In this document: piece by piece, positions 20,668 to 30,092 of the stretch
How positions within the stretch are numbered: the stretch's first letter is position 1
How the letters are laid out: each line of letters starts with the position of its first letter
DNA from: Candidatus Kaiserbacteria bacterium
GTDB taxonomy: Bacteria > Patescibacteriota > Minisyncoccia > Phycocordibacterales > UBA12088
Direction of reading: 5' to 3'
Length of the DNA: 41,341 bases
Assembly: GCA_007116405.1 (NCBI GenBank)
Contig: SKIN01000038.1
Span: 1 to 41,341 of the forward strand
Position numbers and translations under genes: made by a program
The notes under the pieces: generated by a model
The model's database searches: none
Seen by the model: only the letters and a program-made list of their open reading frames with translations
Told to the model about the DNA's origin: nothing

Positions 20668-21708
20668 TCATACCGAACGAAGTTCGACGTCGATACAACG
20701 AACCTCCGGTTCCAGGATGATCGTTGTGCGCTCTTTGACATCTTCAATGATGGTGTTTGCAAAGGCAATCAACTCCGACGTCGAACCGTCGCCATAGTGC
20801 ACCAAACACAAGGGTTGCGTATCCCAGCAGCCGACATGCTCACCCCTTCTTCCCTTCCACCCGAATTGTTCAAGTAAGTAAGCGGCGGAGAGTTTGTACA
20901 TTCCTTCACCGTGTGGATGTGCGGGAAGATATTCGAACCAGCGAGTCAGTTCCTTGTATACCTGTTCTGGGACGACGGGGTTCTTGAAAAACGAACCCGC
21001 GGTGCCTACCTCGGTCACATCGGGAAGTTTCCTGTTGCGTATCGTTCTCACCGCATCACTCACTTCCTTTGGAGTAAGTCGTCCGGTATCGGTGTTCTCA
21101 AAGTACGCCGCAAGGTCACGGTACGAGAGCTTTGGTATGGGATATGTACTCAACCGAAATGCGACCCGCGTCACAATATACTGCTGTCCTTCCGGGCGTT
21201 TGAATATCGATTCACGATACCCGAATTCACAATCAGCGACAGAGAAGATGTGTAGGGTGTTCTCCTTCGTGTCGAGCACTTCCACCCAGTCGATCAAGTC
21301 TCGTACCTCAACCCCATATGCCCCGACGTTCTGCACGGGCACAGCACCCACGGTGCCGGGAATGGCAGAAAGGTTCTCCATGCCCCAAAGCCCCTGCGAC
21401 ACTGTCTCCGCCACAAGGTCGTCCCACAGCTCACCCGCACCGGCCGTAACACGTGCGTCACCTTTGCTGTCCTCTTCATAATGACGACCCCGTATGTTGA
21501 TACGTATCACGAGGCCATCAAAACCATCGTCACTAAAGAGGACATTGCTCCCCTTACCGAGTATAAAAAAAGGAAGCCCGCGGGTGCGAGCGTACGCCAG
21601 TGCATCACGCAACTCCTCCAGTGAGGTGACCGAACAAAAAAAACGTGCCACACCACCGAGACGAAATGTGGTGAGCTCTTGGAGTGACACATTGGTAAGT
21701 ACACGCAT
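20668..21708 (-). CDS. murB: UDP-N-acetylenolpyruvoylglucosamine reductase
   Basis: LGKGSNVL, IPGTVGAVPVQNVGAYG, FGYRESIFK, GTAGSFFKNP, LEPEV. Confidence 0.96.
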   Translation of the reverse strand: MRVLTNVSLQELTTFRLGGVARFFCSVTSLEELRDALAYARTRGLPFFILGKGSNVLFSDDGFDGLVIRINIRGRHYEEDSKGDARVTAGAGELWDDLVAETVSQGLWGMENLSAIPGTVGAVPVQNVGAYGVEVRDLIDWVEVLDTKENTLHIFSVADCEFGYRESIFKRPEGQQYIVTRVAFRLSTYPIPKLSYRDLAAYFENTDTGRLTPKEVSDAVRTIRNRKLPDVTEVGTAGSFFKNPVVPEQVYKELTRWFEYLPAHPHGEGMYKLSAAYLLEQFGWKGRRGEHVGCWDTQPLCLVHYGDGSTSELIAFANTIIEDVKERTTIILEPEVRCIDVELRSV

Positions 21709-21730
21709 GTCCTGTTCTCTATTCGCGTTT

Positions 21731-21808
21731 GTGCCCGGTATGGAACGCCGGTGCGAGCTCCAAATGAAAAACTTTAATGAGTGCCGCGGCGCTCCATACC
21801 AGGCGCAC
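21731..21808 (-). ncRNA. Candidate structured RNA / murB 5' leader hairpin
   Basis: Begins 6 nt after TGG-TATACT (21815-21823); arms 21787-21808 and 21731-21750 form 18 contiguous pairs, including two G-U pairs that work only on the minus strand. Confidence 0.5.
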
Positions 21809-21890
21809 CAGGACAGTATACCATTCCCACAAGAACCACCAAAATATTGCCGCCATTGTCATGCGCGAGACAAAGGGTAGCTCCCAGACA

Positions 21891-21960
21891 CGCAAATCCC
21901 CCTGTGAGGGGGGACTTACGCAGTTTTTCATTTTGCAGAGCTTTTACACTCTGGCACTCA
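21891..21960 (-). ncRNA. Candidate small RNA: two hairpins joined by an A-rich single strand
   Basis: Promoter TTGCAT-16nt-TATACT with TG extension (21967-21994); hairpins 21936-21953 and 21891-21920 with minus-strand G-U pairs; no convincing ORF. Confidence 0.45.
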
Positions 21961-22003
21961 CTTGGCAGTATAGCACATCTGCAAATAAATGCAAGTCCAC
22001 GTG

Positions 22004-22180
22004 CTATTTTCGCAGCTGCTCGATGGCAACACTGGCACCGCGCTTCCGCACGACCACTTTTTGCCCATCTTTCCAACCAAGCTCCCGAACGAGGTCCGCA
22101 GGCAGTACCACCGTGGTGGAGCCATTTGCTTGACGCTGTATCTTGCGTACATTTACAGGTTCTGTCTTCTTTTTAGCCAT
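22004..22180 (-). CDS. Solo AbrB/MazE/SpoVT-family DNA-binding protein (58 aa)
   Basis: VRKIQRQANGSTTVVLPADLVRELGWKDGQKVVV swapped-hairpin pattern; start at MAKKK. Confidence 0.85.
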   Translation of the reverse strand: MAKKKTEPVNVRKIQRQANGSTTVVLPADLVRELGWKDGQKVVVRKRGASVAIEQLRK

Positions 22181-22214
22181 ATATCGTGTGAATTGGTTAT
22201 TGGAGAGCACGGGG

Positions 22215-24488
22215 TCACCACCCACGCACCTCTTTGATAAACTCTTCAATTTGCTCGGTGTGTTCTGGATATTCCTCAATTATTGACTCAAGAAGAGCCA
22301 CTGCTTCGTCCCTTCTCCCGAGTTCACGGTACGCCACCGACAGTGAGACACGTTGTTGTATGTCTGCCGGGTTGTTCTCTATGCGCCGCTCAAGCGCCTC
22401 GGCTACAACATCATAACGACCTGCATTCGCCCATTCTCTAATGAGTCGATCGTCATCAATCGCCGGGGTCCCAAAGCGTTCCGCCAACAGATCGACCGCT
22501 TCCCTGTCACGACCGGTACGTATGAGCAGCAACGCATACAATCGGCGCGCCTCGTCATATTCAGGCGCAAGCTCGAACGCCTTACGGAATAATTCATATG
22601 CATCTTCAGTCTCTCCCTGCACCAGACGCACCTCCCCGAGTTGGAAGATAGCAGATTGTTTACGTGGTGTAAGCTCGACAGCTCGTCTGAACGCCCGCTC
22701 GGCATCGCCAAGGGCACCGGTATTCGCATACAGAGTGCCCATGAAAAGCCAGAGCCGTGCGGAGTTCGGGTTACGCTCGATCTCTCTTCGCATCTCCTCA
22801 ATAGCTAGATCCCTGAAAGCTTGGCGAGTCTCCGCGGTGACGTTCTCAGCGCGCTGCATGTTGGCGGCCATCTGCGCAAGCTGTTCACGCACTTCTTGAC
22901 GCCCAAGCTGATCGAACACAAGAGCGCGCTTGTATGTTTCCAATATCATTTCCGGAGAATTAGCTACTACCTGACCGTTTGGTAGACGTTGTTGTGGGAT
23001 CATCGCACTGATGAGCGTCTGACTAGTGCGGATACCAGGTACGTTCACGTAGTAGATCACCAATCCTGCGACGACGATAACGATAGGCAAGATGACTGCT
23101 ACTACCGTCTCCTTGCGAACGGAATACTCCCCACATAGCGGTTCGTGGTTGTCGCTTACCCGCCAATGAATATACGCAAGCAGTGAGAAGAAGAGGATGT
23201 AGCTAATGATATTATCGAACACCGTGAGGTTGTGCAGGAAATACGCGACGATGAGTCCTGACCACAATGCGCGTTCAGTGGCACCAAACGTATGATCACG
23301 CTTACGGAAAAGTGCTCGAATCGTCTCAATGGACGCGAGAGCGCGCCATGTCCATCTACTCTCTCGAGGGGTCAAGACCCAGAGATGAGCCAACATTGAG
23401 ACAGGCAACAGTAGGTACGCAATGAGGCCGGCAAACCCTGCTGCAATGAGCCAGTCAAACACGACATTGTGCGTACGGTCGAACCATGGTTCCTCACCAT
23501 ACATGTAGGGGTCGAAGTGTTTAGAGAATACGTACTCATAGTTGTCTTGACCCCAACCGAGAACCGGGCGTTCTTTCACTCCTTCCCATGCCATGCGCCA
23601 GTTCATAAAGCGTGCGTTCACCGTCCCGGAACTCATACTTATCTGAGTGAAGCGGTTGACGACCGGAGTATCTTTCGCCCACTCAGTGTCCTTGAGACCG
23701 AACAAAACTCCGACCACTACCACCACCGTAAGCAATGCGCCAATGGCAGCGGAGCGTAGTATCCTGCGCTCGCGTTCAAGGAGGGCGATGAGGAGTGCGG
23801 TGACCATTGCCCCACCAATAAAGCCGAGTACCGTGCCCCGAGTGAGGGTGAGTACCATCACGATAAGGTGGAGGAAAGCGACCACTCCAAGGAGTGCTTG
23901 ATGCCAGTGGGTGCCCTTCCACCGCGCCATCAGCACGAGCGCAATGAAGATGTGAAAGAGCGAATAGACAGCAAGGTAGATGGGGTTACCAAACTTAGCG
24001 TCAATACGAGGTATCGAGGAGATGTCTGGGAACGCCTTGATGATCGGATCGAGTGCAATAAAAAGGACCAGGACACTTGCGCCCAGCGTACTATACCAGA
24101 ATATGTTCCAGAGCTTCTGCGTGTTCAAGACCGTGCTCGCGACAATAAAGTACGCGAAGAGATGGAGCATCGTGATATATCCTTCCATCCGCTCAAAGTT
24201 GCTCCAAAAACTCTTGAACGGGTTCTCGCCGAGCATGCTGGCAAGACCGACCACAGCCATGAAGAATACAATGGCTGCAAGGATCCAAGAAAAACGAGGT
24301 CGGTAGCGAGCATCGATCAGCGCGAGTAAGACCCATGCCGCGAAAAGTATCTCTACGACGATGCGAAACGTGAAATTCTTTCCCGTGATATAGGGAAAGA
24401 ACATGGACGCGGAAACAATGAACGGCAACATGACGGGGAGCGCGACGACGCCTCCCACCACCAACCAGCGCAGCGTATCTTTGAGCAT
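22215..24488 (-). CDS. O-antigen ligase/Wzy_C-family membrane protein with C-terminal TPR repeats
   Basis: Many TMs, FGNPIYLA, TLTRG, R..NWRMAWEG..ERPVLGWG, DRTHN; TPR-like AERAFRRAVELTP; start set at MLKDTL. Confidence 0.88.
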   Translation of the reverse strand: MLKDTLRWLVVGGVVALPVMLPFIVSASMFFPYITGKNFTFRIVVEILFAAWVLLALIDARYRPRFSWILAAIVFFMAVVGLASMLGENPFKSFWSNFERMEGYITMLHLFAYFIVASTVLNTQKLWNIFWYSTLGASVLVLFIALDPIIKAFPDISSIPRIDAKFGNPIYLAVYSLFHIFIALVLMARWKGTHWHQALLGVVAFLHLIVMVLTLTRGTVLGFIGGAMVTALLIALLERERRILRSAAIGALLTVVVVVGVLFGLKDTEWAKDTPVVNRFTQISMSSGTVNARFMNWRMAWEGVKERPVLGWGQDNYEYVFSKHFDPYMYGEEPWFDRTHNVVFDWLIAAGFAGLIAYLLLPVSMLAHLWVLTPRESRWTWRALASIETIRALFRKRDHTFGATERALWSGLIVAYFLHNLTVFDNIISYILFFSLLAYIHWRVSDNHEPLCGEYSVRKETVVAVILPIVIVVAGLVIYYVNVPGIRTSQTLISAMIPQQRLPNGQVVANSPEMILETYKRALVFDQLGRQEVREQLAQMAANMQRAENVTAETRQAFRDLAIEEMRREIERNPNSARLWLFMGTLYANTGALGDAERAFRRAVELTPRKQSAIFQLGEVRLVQGETEDAYELFRKAFELAPEYDEARRLYALLLIRTGRDREAVDLLAERFGTPAIDDDRLIREWANAGRYDVVAEALERRIENNPADIQQRVSLSVAYRELGRRDEAVALLESIIEEYPEHTEQIEEFIKEVRGW

Positions 24489-24565
24489 ATGGCACACACT
24501 ATACCACGACGGCGACCTCCAGTGCACCTTGACCGCCGTGTGGAAAGCGTTTGGGCATACGACCC

Positions 24566-25273
24566 TTACCGCCCCTTTCGTTTTTGCCTGGAGCGCAACG
24601 CATCGGCAGCCATGAATGTTCCTGTGCGCCAGAGCATGTCTCTCACGAATGAGCGGGGTGACGTCACATTAGTGAATGCTCCGGAACGGACAGCCTCAAT
24701 TACGGAGCGTGTATTCTTCTCCGCCCTCAAGACCGCGTAGCTGTCGTCCATGAAATCAAGGAAATGTGTGTCTGATGTCGCGATGTACGGTTTAGCGTGC
24801 TGTTCAGCTACCAAACGTGCCTTCTTGTTGCGGTCAAAAAAACGTGAGTAGAACCACGACTGCTCAACGGCGTCGAACAGGTGAATGTACTGCTCGAGGA
24901 GTCCGTGGAGGCTGAACCCACCAACGTGATACGGATGAGGGGCAATGACCAATACCTCCTCGTGTCTCGCGCGGTACTGGGTAAGGTCGTCGAAGGTGCG
25001 CACCTCCTCGACGTCGCTTGTCGCGTTCAAGATGAGTACATGGTTGCGGTTGCTGCCCTCGTAGATATCAGCTTCGATACCAGGAATGAGCAGCATGTCG
25101 CGCTCGGCCGCGTACGCTACGTGCTCACTCGTGCAAACGTATTTGCGGTGACATGTCACAGCAAGCACATCGAACCCCTTTTCACGGGCATGGTCGATGC
25201 CGGTATAGAGGTCGTACGCAATGTCATGCGCATCGTCTTCCGCTGTATGAAAGTGAAGGTTGGTCTTTAGCAT
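24566..25273 (-). CDS. PHP-domain metallophosphoesterase
   Basis: NLHFHT, AVTCH, IPGIE, APHPY, TSDTH; GGAGG upstream of ATG 25273. Confidence 0.85.
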   Translation of the reverse strand: MLKTNLHFHTAEDDAHDIAYDLYTGIDHAREKGFDVLAVTCHRKYVCTSEHVAYAAERDMLLIPGIEADIYEGSNRNHVLILNATSDVEEVRTFDDLTQYRARHEEVLVIAPHPYHVGGFSLHGLLEQYIHLFDAVEQSWFYSRFFDRNKKARLVAEQHAKPYIATSDTHFLDFMDDSYAVLRAEKNTRSVIEAVRSGAFTNVTSPRSFVRDMLWRTGTFMAADALRSRQKRKGR

Positions 25274-25306
25274 ACCTCCGTTTGATGCACCACAGCATAG
25301 CATGTA

Positions 25307-25343
25307 GAAAAGAAAAACACCCTCCCGGAATATGGGAGGGTGT
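25307..25343 (-). terminator. Intrinsic terminator
   Basis: 10-bp stem ACACCCTCCC/GGGAGGGTGT followed by TTTTCTTTT on the minus strand. Confidence 0.75.
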
Positions 25344-25358
25344 GCACGCTACCAATGC

Positions 25359-25985
25359 TCATGCTGCGGCCTTATACGCGGACACGAAACGGCGGGTATA
25401 GACCACAAGACCGGCAAGCGAAGCAAGTGCCATGATACCTATCAGTGCAAGAAACGGGACGCCAAAGTCATACCAGTATAGTTGCACGATGATGGCCGTT
25501 GCGGCCGTCAGATTTACAGCCTGACGAGCTTTACCCAGCACATGTACGCGCAAGACCATACCATGGAGACGTCTCCAGGCACCCTCAGCAAGTACGACCG
25601 CCTCAGCAACGAAGACGATCAGCGCAAGTGCAATGAACCATCCAGATATCTCTAACCGAACCGCTTCGTGGAAGATGTTGCCGATCACCGCGAAGGTCAG
25701 CAGCTTATCTCGAATGGGGTCAAGCCATTTGCCTACGGTGCTGTGTTGGTTGAGATGCCGTGCAGCAAAACCGTCGAGCGCGTCAGTTATTGCGATCAAA
25801 ATGACCGTGACGGGTATCAGAACGACCCACAGTTCAGCTATGTACTGATAGACGTAGAACAGGGTGAGAAGGATGCCGGAACCTGTGATCAGGTTTGGGA
25901 TAGTGAACCACGCGTCTTTAATTGTTGAGTGGTCAGGTTCGGAAAAAAACTCTTGCTTTAATGACTTGATCGTGGAGCGCTTCAT
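25359..25985 (-). CDS. CDP-alcohol phosphatidyltransferase (PgsA-like)
   Basis: TIPNLIT and TDALDGFAARHLNQHSTVGKWLDPIRDK signature; AAAGGAG ribosome-binding site. Confidence 0.9.
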   Translation of the reverse strand: MKRSTIKSLKQEFFSEPDHSTIKDAWFTIPNLITGSGILLTLFYVYQYIAELWVVLIPVTVILIAITDALDGFAARHLNQHSTVGKWLDPIRDKLLTFAVIGNIFHEAVRLEISGWFIALALIVFVAEAVVLAEGAWRRLHGMVLRVHVLGKARQAVNLTAATAIIVQLYWYDFGVPFLALIGIMALASLAGLVVYTRRFVSAYKAAA

Positions 25986-26075
25986 TACACTCTCCTTTCT
26001 GCCAATGGGCAATAATACACCTCATATTATTATATCACAAAATATGATTTTGTACAGCACAATGCTATGCGAACC

Positions 26076-27071
26076 CTATCGCAGCATTGCTACTATTGCA
26101 GCGGCAAGCTTGTTGGGGTCATGACGGATGAGCGTGCGCCGGAGGGGGTCGCTCCGCGTGGGAACATGGAGTGTTTCGCTAAGGAGGTCGGCTCCGACGT
26201 ACGTGATACCCCGCGCTTCCCTGCCCGCACAGAGTACGGGCTCCCCTTCGTCAACATACCGTTTGAGAAGTCGGGGTGAGATGGGAGTGGTGTTGTATAA
26301 TACGACGTCGATACTACGACGAGTTGTGGCAAGTCGCTCTATTTCCTCGACATAGCGGGCACAGGTAAACCCATCGGTGTGCCCGTGTTTGTTCATGAGA
26401 TTGGCGACGAACACCTTCGGAGCCTTTGCACGTTTGAGCGCCTGTGGAAGGCCACGTACAAGCATGTTTGGGAGCAGTGATGAATACAGGTTGCCGGGAC
26501 CGATGATGATAAGGTCTGCTTCACGTATCGCGCTTCTCGCCCGGGGATTGAGGGCGGCCTCGGGTCTAAGGCCCATATCCTTGACTCCGAACTTGGAAAC
26601 GAGTAAGTACCCCGCAAGCGCATCTTCTCCTTTGAGCACCTTACCGTTGCCGAGCTTGGTCACCAGCTCCGTCTTGTCGAGCGTAATGGGAAGTACGGTG
26701 CCACGTATCTTGAGTATCTTTCCCGCTTCTTCGACAGCTCGGTCGATCGAGCCCGATACTTGTTCGAGTGCACTGATGAAAATGTTGCCGAAGGTGTGCC
26801 CTTTCAATGACCCTCGGGGAAAACGATGCGTGAAGAGCGCGCGCATGGTCTCATCCCCTTCAGACAGTGCCACCAAGCACTGGCGCAGGTCACCGGGGGG
26901 AAGGACCCCCAACTCGTCCCGCAACATCCCCGTAGAGCCACCGTTGTCAGACATCGTGACAATAGCGGTAATGTCGACGTCGTGCTCTTTAAGGCCCGAG
27001 AGCAACGCAAAGTGGCCGGTGCCGCCGCCAATGGTGACAATTCGCTTCGTTCGTGTGGTTGTCTCTGACAT
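26076..27071 (-). CDS. YvcK/GlmR (CofD-like) UDP-GlcNAc-binding protein
   Basis: IGGGTG, DNGGSTG.LR, PPGDLR, GHTFGN, GPGNLYSSLLPN, RHDP. Confidence 0.92.
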   Translation of the reverse strand: MSETTTRTKRIVTIGGGTGHFALLSGLKEHDVDITAIVTMSDNGGSTGMLRDELGVLPPGDLRQCLVALSEGDETMRALFTHRFPRGSLKGHTFGNIFISALEQVSGSIDRAVEEAGKILKIRGTVLPITLDKTELVTKLGNGKVLKGEDALAGYLLVSKFGVKDMGLRPEAALNPRARSAIREADLIIIGPGNLYSSLLPNMLVRGLPQALKRAKAPKVFVANLMNKHGHTDGFTCARYVEEIERLATTRRSIDVVLYNTTPISPRLLKRYVDEGEPVLCAGREARGITYVGADLLSETLHVPTRSDPLRRTLIRHDPNKLAAAIVAMLR

Positions 27072-27144
27072 ACAGATGTGGGGCTATTAGTCCTATACCA
27101 TGGCAGACTTTGCCCTCCGTAGCAAGCACTCTGACCACGCACAT

Positions 27145-27173
27145 AAAAAGAACCGCCGGCGCAGGCCGGCGGT
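27145..27173 (-). terminator. Intrinsic terminator
   Basis: ACCGCCGGC-GCAG-GCCGGCGGT followed by TCTTTTT on the minus strand. Confidence 0.75.
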
Positions 27174-27177
27174 GATG

Positions 27178-27837
27178 TCAGAGGTGTACGGTACGTGTTG
27201 TCAGACCGTGAGCATCAAGTATGTGACGCAAGCGTATCGGTTCGTGTTCGAGCAGGCTGAAGTACGCGGTTGTTCCTCCCATGGCCGAGAACGTTGCAAG
27301 ATTGTCTCGTATATCATCAATATAGAGTACTTGCTCGGGCCGGACATGCGCCCGCGCGAGCGCTCGTTCAAAGAACTTCTTGCTTGGCTTACGCACCTGT
27401 ACGTCCGGATCGTAACTCCGGATGTATTCCTCGGGCCGGAAGAGGCGCACCGAAGGAACCCGTTCCAAGTAGTTCCAATGCAGCTCCATGGTATTCGACG
27501 TCAAGAACTTACGCACTCCATGCCGGAGATCCTGTATCGCCTCCAGTATCACTGAGGGTGGGTCGAGAAAGATGTCCCCCATCCATTCAGCAAATACCTC
27601 GTAGCTAACCTGTTCCGGCAAATCGAGGTCGCGTGCGAGTATTTCGTAGAACATCCTACCGGATATGGTGCCCGTCTCGAGTGGGTCAACCCATTCGGGA
27701 CGCACATAAGTTTCAAGTAGTTCTTCGACCGTACGGCCGGAGTGTCTCGCCAGCTCTTCACATGACCGCCGGATACTGAATTCCACAAGTACATTCCCCA
27801 CATCAAAGAATACAGTGTTTATGGTCCTCTCCATCAT
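27178..27837 (-). CDS. HAD-family phosphatase (YihX-like)
   Basis: FFDVGNVL, LTSNT, RKP, LYIDD; GAGGAG ribosome-binding site. Confidence 0.9.
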   Translation of the reverse strand: MMERTINTVFFDVGNVLVEFSIRRSCEELARHSGRTVEELLETYVRPEWVDPLETGTISGRMFYEILARDLDLPEQVSYEVFAEWMGDIFLDPPSVILEAIQDLRHGVRKFLTSNTMELHWNYLERVPSVRLFRPEEYIRSYDPDVQVRKPSKKFFERALARAHVRPEQVLYIDDIRDNLATFSAMGGTTAYFSLLEHEPIRLRHILDAHGLTTRTVHL

Positions 27838-27937
27838 ACTCTCCTCGTTCGTTGTCCTAGGATGACTATGTCATACATGCCATACATACACCAGATGCGT
27901 ACTCCGCACCCATATTCTGTGATACAGTATTTTTTAT

Positions 27938-29056
27938 ATGAAGATCGTCATCGCTACACCGGTATTTCCACCCGAACTGCATGCGGACGCGCAACGCCTC
28001 TTTGGCCTTGCGACACACCTTGCGAAGGAGCATACGGTACACGTGGTCACGTACGGAACAAGTCACGTGCCGACAGCCGATGTCTCCGTCACCTGTGTAG
28101 ACCGGCATGTACCGCTACGCAAGCGTATTCGGGCGTTCACGAAAGCACTTATTGAAGCTTGCGACGGCGCTGATGTTCTATACGTACACGGCAGCGGCAT
28201 CATAGGACTCTCCGCGCTACGGGCACGGCGCAAGCGCCGCGTACGACTCGTGATACACGTACCACATGACGCGGTATGGGAGTACGCGTCTCGATACTTC
28301 AATGAACCCCCATCGGAGCTGCTGGAGGATCTCTACGCTGACATGAGCGTCCGTGCACTACTGCTTGGGTACGCACAACGGTTCTTGTTGCGTCGGGCTG
28401 ACACCATCATAACCGAGACACAACGGCATGCCCGCCTCCTCGAACGAAGATACGGCATTAAACCGGGTGTCTGTGCTGTGGCTCCCACTCGGGCGCAGGA
28501 CCCCGTTGTGCTGCCGTTTACTCCTGCACGTCGTGTGCATAAACTACTCCTCACCATCCCCTCCGACGAGAGCAGAATACTTGCCGGGGAGTTGCACGCG
28601 CTCGAGGTGCTGCAGCAGCGATACCCGGATACGGAACTCGTGCTCTTGCGGACGACATGCTCGAACTTTAGAACGGAGGAAGCAAGCGGAAAGAACATAC
28701 GCTGCCTCAGTGCCACGACTCGTGCCGAACGCTGGTACGAAGCACAGACCGCCGACGCACTCGTGATGCTCGACCACAGCTTTGCCGACCAACGCGCGCT
28801 CGTGGACCTCCTTGGGATGGGGATACCCATCGTCGCATCAGAGACCGGACTGTGTGCGGAACTCTTTGGTCTCAATGTCGTACATGGGTATGAACCGGAG
28901 AAACCGGATACCTTGACCGAAGTGCTCGCGGGTCTCTTTGATGATCCGGCACAAGGTGAACGCAGTGTCCGCGCGGGCACCGCTCTCCTTAGCGAACGCC
29001 ACAGTGCAACACAACACATGCAGGATGTATTGGCCATCTTTCAAAAAGGATCATGA
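27938..29056 (+). CDS. GT4-like glycosyltransferase-fold protein, apparently degenerate
   Basis: MKIVIATPVFPPE start, RRADTII, GIPIVAS; lacks the GG loop and E-x7-E motif. Confidence 0.7.
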   Translation: MKIVIATPVFPPELHADAQRLFGLATHLAKEHTVHVVTYGTSHVPTADVSVTCVDRHVPLRKRIRAFTKALIEACDGADVLYVHGSGIIGLSALRARRKRRVRLVIHVPHDAVWEYASRYFNEPPSELLEDLYADMSVRALLLGYAQRFLLRRADTIITETQRHARLLERRYGIKPGVCAVAPTRAQDPVVLPFTPARRVHKLLLTIPSDESRILAGELHALEVLQQRYPDTELVLLRTTCSNFRTEEASGKNIRCLSATTRAERWYEAQTADALVMLDHSFADQRALVDLLGMGIPIVASETGLCAELFGLNVVHGYEPEKPDTLTEVLAGLFDDPAQGERSVRAGTALLSERHSATQHMQDVLAIFQKGS

Positions 29057-30048
29057 AGCAATTCAACCAAGAGACGTGGGAGGCATACCTTGAAAAGGAA
29101 CTTGGTGTCCTTGTACCACTCCTTGCCAGCGAGGGGGTGACTCTCGATGAAGACCCGTATCTTCCAGGTGCCTATGCAGTGCCTGAAGCGCCGATACTCA
29201 CACTGCTCGGCACTCACACCGAAAGCGGAAAGCGGGTGGTGGTGCAGGTGACTTCCGACCCGGGTACCGCAAAAGAGCTGACGCGCGACACCGAGCGCCG
29301 CGAATGTGTCGAGCGACACGGGTGCCTTCCCCTCACTATACGTCTGCCGGAGGAAGTTGCGTTTGGAAGACGTGACATGCACACGTTCATGGTGACTGAA
29401 TACCTCTATGAAGATCGATCGTTTTCAGAGCTGTCCCTTGAAGATGCATTCTTTTTTGCACTCCGCATCCTTGAGGCACAAGAACAAACTCCTCCGATGC
29501 CGTATCGGGCAATGCGTGCCGCAAACAAGCTCTTTGATACCTACACAGCGGAGCGTTATGTGAACACCCTGCAGCGGTATCGCCGGGAAGTGTCGAAACT
29601 GCTCTCTGAACACCAGCAGACGCAGGAAATGCTCGCTTTGGCCGGAGCGACACTACTGCGTGAACGGGAGCGCATTGACCGTTATACGGGCACCCTACTC
29701 TACCGCAAAGCATCTCCGGAGACTGTACGCATCTCCGATGGAGAGATGTACCTTCTCGACCACGCCCTCTTCCATTTTGGCAACCGATATGAGAGCTGGG
29801 CACATTTCATTAATTACTGCGCTCTACACCGACCCGAGGTCGAGGCCGCGCTTGTCGACTATGTGCACGCCAATCGCGGCCCTGAGGTTGCAGAGGTGCT
29901 CCGCATCATGCGACTCTTCACTCTCGTGGAAGTGATACATGAGGATGCTCGTGCTCGCGAACGGGTAGAAGCGAACAAGGTCGCTGACATCGAAGTCCGT
30001 ATCGATTTTTGGACCGCCGTACTGCAAACTCAATTATCGACACGATAG
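29053..30048 (+). CDS. Phosphotransferase/kinase-like fold protein, apparently degenerate
   Basis: GKRVVVQV, FMVTEYL, VRISDGEMYLLD resemble APH-like kinases; no HxD motif; ATGA overlap with upstream gene. Confidence 0.55.
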   Translation: MKQFNQETWEAYLEKELGVLVPLLASEGVTLDEDPYLPGAYAVPEAPILTLLGTHTESGKRVVVQVTSDPGTAKELTRDTERRECVERHGCLPLTIRLPEEVAFGRRDMHTFMVTEYLYEDRSFSELSLEDAFFFALRILEAQEQTPPMPYRAMRAANKLFDTYTAERYVNTLQRYRREVSKLLSEHQQTQEMLALAGATLLRERERIDRYTGTLLYRKASPETVRISDGEMYLLDHALFHFGNRYESWAHFINYCALHRPEVEAALVDYVHANRGPEVAEVLRIMRLFTLVEVIHEDARARERVEANKVADIEVRIDFWTAVLQTQLSTR

Positions 30049-30092
30049 GAGATATTCCGGTCGCACGGGAGGATCCTGCCTCTTCTCACCTG

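Noticed and set aside
21719..21931. 70-aa Trp-rich minus ORF, and a short plus-strand peptide ending YCRHC
   Set aside because: No RBS or leaderless spacing; they cross a promoter and RNA stems; not excluded without Ribo-seq
21709..22003. tmRNA, RNase P, SRP, 6S or CIRCE identity for the structured intergenic region
   Set aside because: Hallmark motifs not found; only GCACTC half-sites without a correctly spaced partner
22004..22180. Type II toxin-antitoxin module
   Set aside because: No adjacent toxin ORF
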